Source: Macrostomum lignano (Eukaryota). Taken from it: 64,000 bases of DNA. Below the pieces are notes generated by a model. It saw nothing but the letters and a program-made list of their open reading frames with translations. It made no database searches and was not told the DNA's origin. Positions 40,185-51,664 of this stretch are shown here, piece by piece (the stretch's first letter is position 1; every line of letters begins with the position of its first letter). The stretch spans positions 372,001-436,000 of the forward strand of contig NIVC01000163.1 of assembly GCA_002269645.1 (NCBI GenBank). The letters are read 5' to 3'. Position numbers and translations under genes: made by a program.

Positions 40185-43100
40185 TTAGCCAATGCTAGAC
40201 CACTGGAAGTAGCTGTTCCAGCCTTCGCCGCCAGGATCCCGTCGTCTGGAGGCTTCAGCAGCCGCCGTGGCGGCCGCATCGTCGGCAGCCGCTTTAGCCA
40301 ATCTCTGCTGCTCATCTGTGCTCAACTGCAGCATAGTGTTCAACACAGGCAACAGCTGATGGCGTTCCTGTCTGAGCGTTAGAAATTGTAGCACAATATT
40401 TTTTAGATATTCCAAATTGCGCAACGAATTATTGCGCTCCGCGTTGCGCTCTTGTCGACGGATTTCTTCTTTGAGAACGCGAGCCTGTTCGGCCAGTCGC
40501 ACGGACATCTCTTCGGACTCGCTTAGCAACGAGGTCAGGTGCTCGATTCGTCTGAGCAGTGGGACAGAGAGAGGATATGCCGTCAGTTATATCGAAAGTG
40601 TGAACACTCAAAACTAAGGTAAGATTTACTCTGATTGAAAATCTGAGAAAAGTACTGGGGGTGTCAATGCGGAACTGACGGGGAGCGGAGCTACAAAAGT
40701 TTGTGTACGATGACACAAGTGCAGTGTGACACTAGTGCAGTGTGACACTAGTGCAGTGTGACACTAGTGCAGTGTGACACTAGTGCAGTGTGACACTAGT
40801 GCAGTGTGACACTAGTGCAGTGTGACACTAGTGCAGTGTGACACTAGTGCAGTGTGACACTAGTGCAGTGTGACACTAGTGCAGTGTGACACTAGTGCAG
40901 TGTGACACTAGTGCAGTGTGACACTAGTGCAGTGTGACACTAGTGCAGTGTGACACTAGTGCAGTGTGACACTAGTGCAGTGTGACACTAGTGCAGTGTG
41001 ACACTAGTGCAGTGTGACACTAGTGCAGTGTGACACTAGTGCAGTGTGACACTAGTGCAGTGTGACACTAGTGCAGTGTGACACTAGTGCAGTGTGACAC
41101 TAGTGCAGTGTGACACTAGTGAACTATGACACCAGTACACTATGACACCAGTACACTATGACACTAGCACACCATGACACTTTGACCCTAGTACTCGTAC
41201 ACTATGACACTATGACACTAGCACACTATGAGTCATGACACTATGACACTAGTACAGTATGACACTATGACACTAGCATGACAATACTATGGTCAATAAA
41301 CAACATACCTGTTGGCTTTAATTAAAGCCAGTCGCATGGCATCAACAGATTCAAAATCAGCAGTTGCACCGCCGCCACCGCCGCTGTTGCCGTCCTGTTG
41401 CAGTTTCTGCTGCTGCATCAGAAGCAGCTGCTCTAACGGAACAATACTCGATCCGCTAGGCGACGAGGTGGCTGCGGAAGTGGCGGAGGCAGCGGAAACG
41501 GAAGTCGTGGCCTCGCTTCCTTCAGCAGCTGGTCGACGTTCCTCCGGCGGAGGAGGAGGCGGTGCCGGTGCCGGTGGCGGCGGAGTCTGCGGCGGATGGC
41601 TTTGCTTTTGCTGTTGCTGTTGCTGTTGAATTTTTTCTTTTGCAGCGGCAGCGGCGGCGTTAGCTTTATCAGCTGCGCACTGCAGCTCGTGATTGGCCTC
41701 TTCTAGGCTGTCTACACGAGACTCGAGCTCGGCGATGCGCTCGCGCAGGCCGGCCTCCAGCTGGGACCAGGCCTGCTCGCGGGACTGCGGATGGGAAGAG
41801 CGGAGCCGGGCTTACTTGGTTTGATAATTTACTAATAGGAGCACCACGATTTGCCACGTAGTAATAGTAGATTAGCAGCTGGGAAGATCTGAGGATCTGA
41901 GACAATAGCGACTGCTCAGCAACCAAGGATGATATTTTATGGTCACTTCAGTGTCCCTATTTTCACTCTACGGACAATCCAATCTCACTCTGCACCGATG
42001 AGGACTCCAGACGGTGGTAGCGCAGCAACTGGAGATCTAAGAGGCTGGCCCAGCAACTGACACTCTGGGAGGCTGGCCCAGCAACTGACACTCTGGGAGG
42101 CTGGCCCAGCAACTGACACTCTGGGAGGCTGGCCCAGCAACTGACACTCTGGGAGGCTGGCCCAGCAACTGACACTCTGGGAGGCTGGCCCAGCAACTGA
42201 CACACTGGGAGGCTGGCCCAGCAACTGAAGATCTAGGAGGGTGCTCACCTGCATCTCCAGCCGAGCCCGCTCGCCCGCCCGCGCTTCAGCCTCAGCCAGC
42301 TGGTCCAGCCGGGCCTGAAGTCGCGCCTCGCGTGCCGCAGCCTCGGCTTCGCGCGTTTCGCCACGCCGTCGTTGAGCATCGAGTTCGCGCGCAACCGCGT
42401 CCCGCTCGTCTTGAGCGTCTGCGGTGGCGGCCTGCGAAGCGGCCAGCTGCTCCTTGAGACTGGCAACGGCCTGTTCGAGTCGTTGACGGAGCAGCTCGGA
42501 ATCAGCGGCGTCGGACTCGCCACCAGTGGCCGACTTTGTCGACACGTTGGCAGCAGCCGACGTCTTGGCTGCGATTGGCTGGCGCTTTTCGGCGCGCCAT
42601 GCGGCCGACACTTTCGTTTTGTAGGCGTCGAAGTCCTCGGCAAGAGTTTGACGGGCCTGCGATGAAGGTCGGGGAGCATTGGGGGCTGTAACTTTTTGGA
42701 GTTTAATGAAGCGAGCCATGGGAGACTTCCCACATGTCTTGACCCCTACGATTCCGGACACTGCAACCTGTCTGATCCAGTGCGAAAAACATTCTTACCT
42801 AAGTACCTAGTGAATATTATGTTTTAGTTCTAACTAACTTTTCTAACTTTTAGTTCTTACTAACTCAAAAGTCAAAACCAAGACACAAGATAGACACGCA
42901 CCTGCTCAGCTTGCTCTAGTTTAGCTCTAGCAGAGTTAAGCTTCTCTTCCGTAGCCTGCAAGCGCGCCTGAAACCGATTCTTAGTATTAGTTAACTCTTG
43001 GTCTGTGGAAACCTTCAGAGCTAACGCAGACGAAAGCTGCAATTTTAGGTCGTCAATTTCAGAAGTCAGACAGTCACGCTCTCTAATTGAGTCGCGTGAG

Positions 43101-46100
43101 CGTTCCTCCGTTTCTTGCATCGACTTCTGCACTTCAGCCAACTCTTTCTTGCTTTTCACCAGCATCTGCTTTAACTTGCCTACTCGCTCCTCGGATGCAG
43201 CTCGTTGTGACTGAGCTTCTTGTAACTGAGTTTCCAAGCTGCGACAAGACTCCGTCATGGTTGCTAACTCATTAACCTTTTCAGCCAATACAGCTTCCTT
43301 ATCGTCGAGAAGATTTTTATAAACGTCAACGTTTCGCTCCAGCTCGGCTAGTTCAAGATCAAGCATCTTTGATTGGCTGACGCCGGTCTGCGCCGCTTCC
43401 AACCTTTCCTGCAATAGATTAACTTCGAGTTCGTGAGCTCTAGTAGATTCTTCAAGTTCGCGTTTCACTTTCTTTAATTCTTCCTCGGCAGCTGTTCGGT
43501 CGGACATCTGCTGATCAAGTTGCATTTTGCCAACGCTCAGCTCTTTTTCTAGCGCCGTCAGACGAGCTTTTAACTGGCCAGACTCGGAGCGCGCCTGCTC
43601 AAGCTGCTCCTTTGCCGGACCAGATTCTCGTTTTAATTTTACAATTAGCTGCTTCATCTTGTCTAATTTGTCAGCGCTGGCCACTTCGCGTTGATGTAGA
43701 GCATCGTGAGCTTCACGCAAGCTGGCATTTTCAGCTTCCAAAGCGGAAACTCGTGACTGAGCTTCATCCGTATCTCCGGCACGATTGGAATAGTTCACAA
43801 ACTCGTCGTTAAGGCGCTGAATTTCGCTATCTCTTGCCGCCAGCTCGTGGCGCAGAGTAATCTGCAATCGTTCCAACTGTTCTTCCTTCGTGCTGACACA
43901 GCGTCGAAGATCGCGCAACTCTTCCTGTAGGAAGGATTCTTTCTCCTCGGCGCGGTTCTGCCATTCGCGGAGCTCACTTTGCAGGTTACTTTTCTCCATT
44001 TCAACGTCGCGAGCAATGCTTACTTGGCTTTCTACAGCTTGTTGCAATGTGTCCACCTCTTCAGCTAACTTATCACGTCGGCGAACCAATTCGTCGTATT
44101 GTTCAACACGCGACTGCAATTCCTCTTCAAGGTGGTTGCACTTGTTAGTTAATCGATCAACACCATCCTTTAACAACTCGGCACCAGACAGCTTATTAGC
44201 CAGAGGTTCCAGGACTGATTTAAGCTGCTGGATATTGTCTGGACTAAGAGCTTCATCTGATAAAGGCGAAAGAAGTTCTTGAAAGTCAATCGTCTGTCTC
44301 TGGCTGGCAACCTGACTGAGGTTTTCCAATATATCTATTAATGATTTCAGCAAACGTGGCTCACTGCCTTTTACATCCTCCTTTAGAACGGCAATGTCAG
44401 ACTGAAATGTGGCTAATAGTTCTTTAAGTTGCGTGTTCTCAGCTTCGAGGGTCTCTTGTCGCCGATCGGACTCGGCAAGCATATCGCTAGACGCATCTAA
44501 CCTTCGTTCCAGCGATCTTATCTGCTTCTCCAAGCAGGAGACCTGGTCTAATAGCTCCTCTCTTTCATTAATGATATCTTGAAAATTTTCATCGGGATCT
44601 TTCTCTAAAGTCTCAGACTGTTCTTTCTTCGACAGCAGCATCGCATTTTCTTCTCTTAATCGAATAATTTCCTCTTGCAGGTTAGATAACTCGACACTTG
44701 CTTCAGGGTCAGTAGTCGAGCTGGGATTCAAAGATGCCGCATCAGCTGATGTGCTCTCTTCTCCTTCACCCTCCGGTCGTGGACCTAATAAAGCCTCCAA
44801 TTCTTCTTTTGACTTGGCCAACTTAGCATTGTCGTCATACAATTTCATATTTAATTCGAGCAGTTTGTCAACTTCGGCGGCATACCTGTCTCGATCGGCG
44901 TTGGCTTCTTCAAGTTCGAGTCTTATACTTGAAACTTCGGGCGTACTGTCAGTTGGCTCGACTTGGCCACTGATTTTATTGTCATCACCTTGGCTGGATT
45001 CATCTTTTAGCCTGGAAATTTCTTCACTGAGTCGATTATTTTCACTTGTTAACTGATCCCGTTCGATTTCATGTGCATTAGAAACTTCAACAAGTTTCGC
45101 CTTAAGCCTCTTTACTTCCTCGTTCAACTCGTCACGATCGTCCTCAACTAAGGTAGCTGCGCTAGAGTTGGCTTCAAGCTCCGCTTTTAATCGAGAAACT
45201 TCATTGCTAAGCGCATCCCTCTCACGCTGCAATTCATTCAGTTGAACGTTACTGGAATTAGCTGATTCAAGCTCTATCTTCAATTCTTGAATTTCTTCGG
45301 CAAGCTCATTGTTCTTGAGCTTGAAACACTCAGCATCACTGCTAGCAGTTTTAATCAGAGTCTGAAGACGAGAGACTTCTTCAGTGAGGTTAACGTTCTC
45401 ATTTCGAACGCTTTCCAACTGATCGTGACTTGCACATTCGGCTTCTAATTGTGCTTTCATGCTGTCAACCTGCTTAAGAAGTTCTACATTCTCAAGCTTG
45501 ACAGACTCTGTAGTGGCAAATGCTGATTCCAATTCGACTTTTAAGCGCGAAACCTCACTAACTAGCTCAGTGTTCTCACTATTTCCCATGGTTTTCACTG
45601 TCTCAAGTTCTGAGTTCATTTTGGCAATTTCTTCTGTTAGTTCACTCGTTTTAAGCTTTTCCGAGTCAACACTTGCATTCGCGACGTCTATTTCTGCTTT
45701 TAAGCCAGCCAACTCATTAATGAGCTGGTCATTTTGACTTTTGAGACTGTCGTTAATAGCATCAGAGTCGGTCTTTGCATGCTTAAGAGCTACATTTTCA
45801 GCATTCAAGGCTTCGATCTCAGATTTCAATCGAGTTATTTCATCTGTCAACTGGGAATTAGACTCTCGAATGCTGGCCAATTCACTAGCCGCATCAGTTG
45901 ATGCTTCAAGCTCAGTGCGCATACGACCAACCTCTTTCAATGCTTCGTCTCTCTCGAAACTGACAGCGTCAGCAGTGCTTTTAGTTGATTCAATTTGAGC
46001 CTGAAGCTGCGAAAACTCGTTGCGAAGTTCCAGATTTTCAGCTCTCAAATTAGAAACTTGTTCTTCATTGTCACCTGCAGTCTCTAGTTGGCTCTTCATT

Positions 46101-46789
46101 CGATTAATTTGAGAGAGTGCATCGTCTCTCTCCTGCCGAATAGAGTTCAACTCAGAAGCAGCAGCATCAGCGCTTGCTTTCAGATTGGCAATTTCTTTAC
46201 TAAGTTCTTCCTTTTCGTGTTGGACAGTCTCCAGCCGCCCAACCTCGGATTTCAACTCATTGATTTGATCCAAAAGTGAATTATTCTCTTCTTGAGACTC
46301 CAACTGCGATTTTAAACTTGCAATTTCTTTAATCAGTTGAGCATTTTCTTGATTCAAATTGGTGTCATTAGCTTTCAGTGCGTCAACTTGTTGTTTTACA
46401 GCGGCTAGTTCATCTTTAAGCGTAGAGTTTTCTCGCTTAGCATCTTCAACGCGACAATCGGTACTAGACTGAGCATCATCAACTTGCTTTGTCAAACTCA
46501 CAACCTGATCCTTCAGTTGAGCATTCTCATGCTTCAGGCTGTCTAATTGACGCTTAGCATCTTCGAAAGCGTCGGCATCAACTTGCAGGTCTCCGATTGT
46601 AGCCGACAGTCTGGCTAGCTGGTCAGTCAGCTGGTCTCGCTCAGTCTGGCACTTGTCAAAACTGGACTTTAATTCGGCGTTAGCCTTCTTCTCTTTGATT
46701 ACCATAGCTTTGAGCTTGTTAATCTTGTCTTCAGATTGGCGAAACTTTGCTTCCATATCGTCCTGTGCAGTGGAAGACGTTGAAGACAT
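40185..46789 (-). CDS. GCC2: GRIP and coiled-coil domain protein 2 (GCC185 golgin), 4 exons, 1712 aa
   Basis: Exons 46789-42902, 42656-42249, 41784-41309 and 40551-40185 (5139 nt, phase-consistent). Long coiled coil, DFDAYKTKV segment, and C-terminal GRIP domain NLEYLKNIVLQFL...LLPVLNTMLQLS followed by GWNSYF, as in GCC2. Confidence 0.92.
40719..41280. repeat. 16-bp minisatellite (GTGCAGTGTGACACTA), about 25 perfect copies then degenerate, GCC2 intron 3
   Basis: Directly visible. Confidence 0.97.
42028..42240. repeat. 28-bp family A, copy 4 (mostly the GACACTCT variant), GCC2 intron 2
   Basis: About 7 units, starting a few bases after the donor at 42248. Confidence 0.96.
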
Positions 46790-49684
46790 AATGATGCTGT
46801 CTCGGTCTTCGAATTGCGACAGCTTAATTTATCTAAGGCTTTATCTCTGCTGAACTTTTGTTGGCCACCTTCGACGGAAAACTGAGATTTAAGGAAATCA
46901 AGGTTATTAGTTATATTTAATTTTGAATACAATAATTAAGAACAAAAAATTATTAAGAAAAGCACACTCTGTAAGAGACGAAAGAGACTTGAAAATAATT
47001 TTTAAGGACGAAATATTGCCTGTTAAAATATCACTTACAGGTGATTCAAAATAAAGTTGAAAATAGTAATTTATAATAGCTGTTTACAGACAGTCGTAGA
47101 ATGTAGTTAAATGATAGCTAATTGTCGAGTAAGGAGACAAGAAAACAAAGTAGAGAACTTGGAAAACGTGAACTAAAGCCTGTGGGTGTAATTCTTACAA
47201 AAATGAATAACCGTTTCTGCGTTAATAAAAAGTAGGAATTTAATTGACCGCTTTAAGTTTAAAATGGAAATAAACAAGAAATCTAACACACTAACCAGAG
47301 CTTCAAAAAATAATACCAAATCTACTATTTTTGCTTATATATTTTAAAACACAAAAAAACGATTTAGACAATTAGTTACCGAAACTTTATTCAAGAAACT
47401 ACTGAAAAAAGTTTTAGTTAATGTTTTCTATCCATTATACTCAAAAATACTTAAGACAATTAATTTTCGCAGAGAATAGGTTACTCATTACTGCAACTAA
47501 GAAAACTATTAGTTACTGAACTTTTAATCCAAGAGACCGCTGCCAACTGGTAATTTTAAAATATCTTGTACTTACATCTCTACGAATGTAGTTCAAGAGA
47601 ATTGAACACTCTAGAATAAGGTGCAGCAACTGTTGCAGTTAAAAAATACATTTAAAACGATTTAATAAAAATATCGATAACAATAAAGTGAAACAGCAAA
47701 CTCTAATTAATAAACAATATAATTGAAGCGTCAATAACTAGATTGCCAAAACGGTAAGAATAAAAAGCTGGCAGTGAACGTAAGATACTCCGAAATATTA
47801 CACTGAAATTTATAAGCAAGTTTCCATAATCATTCGTGCGGCATTAAGAATCAGCTGATTTGTGTGACCTTAAATGACCTTTCGTTTGCAAGTTAAAAAA
47901 CAAAATTGAAATGATTTAAAGTCTTAATTGAAGTTTCGTGTACCAGATAGTGACATAAAATAACGTGGTGAAAGTTACAAAGTAAATTAAACATTACAAT
48001 AAGCGGGATCGAATAATATAGGCAATTTATCCTCATAAGAAACCGCGACCACACAATAAACGTATTATTAATGGATACATAAGGTTATGTTTTTATTAGA
48101 ACTAAATGAGCCATAACAACTATTGATACATAATATATAGAAATATTGGCCCATTAAGATTCTTTTAACCGAAATTTCTAGGCTTAAATAATAAATAATA
48201 CATACGAGCATACGTACTGAATAAAATATGGGATTTAATAGCGCGAATGACGAACAAACACGCAAGGACAGGAGAGATACAGAAAAATGACAGCAAATGT
48301 CACTGGTTGGTTTGCTTTCATCCGAGAGAGAACTTAAAAATCGCTTCTACAATTAGAAGGATTAATAATTAGGGGCAATTATTTCAACAAAAAATAAGCA
48401 ACACATTAATTGACAAACCATATCAATTAGTAGAATCTGGAGTAAATATTGAAATTATTATTTTTTTAAATTAAACTTGATCAAAACAATCAGCTACACT
48501 ACATTATAAGCACATCGATGGATTTGCGTAATGGCGCTTCTATTAGAATAACAAAAATAGACACACTGTAAACATCTATAGTTTTGGCGAAAAATTGAAA
48601 ATAACAAACAAAAAAATATTGCTCAATTTCGGAGTGAGTGATAAGCGACTATATTAAAGAGCTATGAAGAAGCTAAATAGCGCTACAAATTGTTTCTTAC
48701 ATTGATGTATATATATACGACGGAATCTAAATAAAACAACCGTTTATTCTTTACTTTTCGAATTAATTTTCAGCTAGAAAAATACGCATTGACTCTACTT
48801 AGAATGGTCAGCGTCTGATTGGAGTTTTTTAGATAAATTTACGATGCCAAGTTAAAGAATCTTGTAAATAATCTCAGGTTATTGATGAAGTGTAAAATCA
48901 ACCTTTACCAAGCGTATTTACGAGCTGACAATTACAAATAAACAATGCAAGTTATTGTCCGAGTAAAGCATCATCACTGCACGTGACCTCAGAGGTCGAT
49001 GATGGATCACCACTTCAGTGGCATTTATTGGTCGTCACATCGCGAATTGCAGTTTACCTTCTCCACTCTAGTTATCAATAAAATTAGAGCACCACGGGGT
49101 ATTCAGATACTTAAGCATGCACGAAAGAAATGCATGAGTTTAAATTCAGTCATTTCTTGTGTAGAATTTACTTATTTCTACTAAGTTATTAAAAATCCTA
49201 AATATGGTACTACAAGTATGCTGCTAATGAGTTATGCATTTTGCTGTTTGGCCAACACTAACCTAGCGCGTGGGAACGCTAGGTTGCTAGTCTATTTTTT
49301 AACAAGAAACACTTACTTAAAATTCTAATTGATAATTAAGGTAAAAAACATAAAGAGAAAATGTACTACTGGTTAAATAAAACCACACTTAGTCAAGCAT
49401 TTTTATTGAATTGTTTATTAACCAATTATAAAAAAAGCACACGAATTGCACGTAAATGCAATTTTGTATATAATAATACGCAACAAATGTAGATAAAAGC
49501 AAAATTAATATAATACAAGACCGCGTTTAGTTGCTACGCAAAATTTAAAAAAGCAATGAAAAAAAAGAAAAAATCACGTGGATAATAAAATTAATTGTTA
49601 TTAATAAAATGCCATTGACGTTTGTAACGCTATGAGGAAACAATTGACTACTTAAAGTAAAAGCCAAACTGCCAATGCTTGGAA

Positions 49685-49932
49685 CGCTGGGAAAAAATTG
49701 CAGCGACGACACTCTGACGACAAGCAACGACAGCCCTGTCGATTAACTATTGATTTGCTAAAATAAGTATGATTTGTTCAACTCAGTAGTATCGTTCAAA
49801 TGCGCGCTTCCAAATCTGCTTCGCTGCCTGCTTTCTATCGGCCTCTGATTGGTCGACTGCCAATGGCGACGACAGGGTGACTAGTCGTCAACTTCTCGTC
49901 ATCAAACTGTCGTCGCTGAATTTTTCCCAGCG
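49685..49932. mobile_element. Non-autonomous TIR element, CMC/EnSpm-Chapaev-like, 248 bp
   Basis: Left end CGCTGGGAAAAAATTGCAGCGACGAC...CCCTGTCG versus reverse complement of the right end CGCTGGGAAAAATTCAGCGACGAC...CCCTGTCG. 3-bp duplication GAA at 49682-49684 and 49933-49935. Superfamily inferred from TSD length and terminal motif. Confidence 0.72.
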
Positions 49933-49997
49933 GAAGATACAGTATCTAAGCTGTTTCCAGGAAAAAACACAACTATTTACTTGCTAGCGATCTTGGA

Positions 49998-50918
49998 CTA
50001 ACCGTTTCCACAGAGTTGGCCGTTGACCGTTCCCATTGTGTCGCAAGATTTTCGGCGTTTTTTAGCCTCCAACAGCCCGCCTCTCGGATTAGTGTTCTCA
50101 TTAGAAACTCGAGGGATTCCCTGTTTCCTCTTTTGGATCGGTAGAATCCGCTGGCTGGGCGGCAGGGCGAAAAAACGCAACCTCTGTGGCATCGGCACAG
50201 ACGGGTTGGCGCCGTGAAAGCAGAGGAAATCTAAGAAATCGCCAGTACGAACCGGATTTCCGGTGCCAGGATCTACGCAAAGCTGCGGCTCAATCTGAGC
50301 AGCCTCGCTAAGACGTCTAACGGACGCAAAGCCGGAAATTCCGTAAGTTGACGATGGAAATGAGATTCGACTTTTTTGGTTAGACTTTTTATTGTCGATT
50401 GCAGTGATAGAAAAATTCGATTCCGACATTGTTCGCTTTCGTTGACTGAAGTTACTACTTAAACCGGAAGTGCCACAATTGGGACCGGAAGTCACACCGG
50501 AAGTGATACTACTGGAACCGGAAGTGTCGCGATTGGGACCGGAAGTCACACCGAAAGTGATACTATTGGAACCGGAAGTGCCGCAATTTGGACCGGAAGT
50601 CACGCCGGAAGTGGTACAACTGGAACCGGAAGTGCCGCTATCAGAACCGGAAGTCACACCGGAAGTGCTATTAGAACTCGAATCGCGCATACTACGCAAC
50701 AGAGCGCGACGCAGTTGTATTTCTTCTGTCCATAGCAGACCAAGAAAGCTGGATGAAGAATTCGATGCAGACGATGTCGAGTGGACGACAACTGTAGATG
50801 AAGATGTAGAGATTGACGAGGAGGCTGAAGCCTCAGCCAACTCGCGCGATCTGGTTCTTGGTCGGCGATTCATGCACGGAAATGATGAACAAGAAAAAAT
50901 ACTTGTATATACTTGCAT
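49998..50918 (-). CDS. Orphan single-exon protein (306 aa, or 291 aa from ATG 50873) with a UIM-like helix and 18-aa TSG repeats
   Basis: Uninterrupted ORF in AT-rich surroundings. EEIQLRRALLRSMRD fits the ubiquitin-interacting-motif pattern (acidic-x-L-xx-A-L-xx-S). Basic C-terminal patch KKRRK. No family recognised. Confidence 0.55.
   Translation of the reverse strand: MQVYTSIFSCSSFPCMNRRPRTRSRELAEASASSSISTSSSTVVVHSTSSASNSSSSFLGLLWTEEIQLRRALLRSMRDSSSNSTSGVTSGSDSGTSGSSCTTSGVTSGPNCGTSGSNSITFGVTSGPNRDTSGSSSITSGVTSGPNCGTSGLSSNFSQRKRTMSESNFSITAIDNKKSNQKSRISFPSSTYGISGFASVRRLSEAAQIEPQLCVDPGTGNPVRTGDFLDFLCFHGANPSVPMPQRLRFFALPPSQRILPIQKRKQGIPRVSNENTNPRGGLLEAKKRRKSCDTMGTVNGQLCGNG
50462..50668. repeat. 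54-bp in-frame coding repeat containing 11 perfect CCGGAAGT motifs
   Basis: CCGGAAGT at 50464, 50485, 50497, 50518, 50539, 50572, 50593, 50605, 50626, 50647 and 50659, with one mismatch copy at 50551. Confidence 0.93.
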
Positions 50919-51664
50919 TATAAATAATAATGCCGTATACTCAAATCATAAGATGCTTCACCATGTCTTAACCGCCATTTTACGACTCTATAAATAAGGA
51001 TGAAAATGAGAATAGAAAAAAATAATGCAAAGAAAGTTCATAAAAACGTTACAGAAAAACAATAACTAAATATTTTTTATTTATTGTTATCATAATTGAG
51101 AAATGCTTTAACACTTATTATTAACTTTAGTTTTTGTTGTTAAGCTAGTAAAAACAGGTGTCAAGTTTTTGAATTTAGTGCATTCTACAGATGCTAGAAT
51201 AACTTTATGGTCCACTCAGCACATTTGCGTGTAAGCTACTTTCAGTTCAGTAGTAAGTTAAACTGAAGCATTTTAATGTATTTTAAATCCAAGCCTCAAT
51301 AATATATTGTGGCTCTTAACCCCCCTCCAAAACCCTCCAATCGCGCTCTTTCTACACTACCCCCCACCCCGCCCCAATTTTTATTGCCTTTTTCGGAATT
51401 CCAGCCTAAAGCTGCCATGTACATTTCAGTGGACAGCTGGCTAATGTACATTATTGCTTAACCAATTAGCAAGTTGTTTACGCGCCTGCAAGCTTGGGCT
51501 TCTAAACTTATCAAAGTCATTTTAGCTGCCTTTATTAGCTTACGTATTCTTCAAATGCTACTGAACTGCAAGTAGAAAGCTGCTTTACTAAGTATGCCTG
51601 GGTGGCCCATCCAGTTATTTTAATATCTGTGGTTTATTCAAGCAGTGTCACACTTGAGTCCTAA

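Noticed and set aside
40719-41120. Perfect short direct repeats superficially like a CRISPR array (also the 38-bp and 52-bp arrays)
   Set aside because: The units are contiguous with no unique spacers, there are no cas genes, and the context is a spliceosomal intron.
2701-46789. Functional clustering of trans-Golgi trafficking genes STX6 and GCC2
   Set aside because: They are 36 kb apart with unrelated genes between them. Two genes from one pathway in such a window is compatible with chance.
50470-50997. + strand 175-aa acidic PEV-repeat ORF
   Set aside because: It starts at GTG and is the antisense mirror of the longer ATG-initiated UIM ORF. Stranded RNA-seq would settle it.
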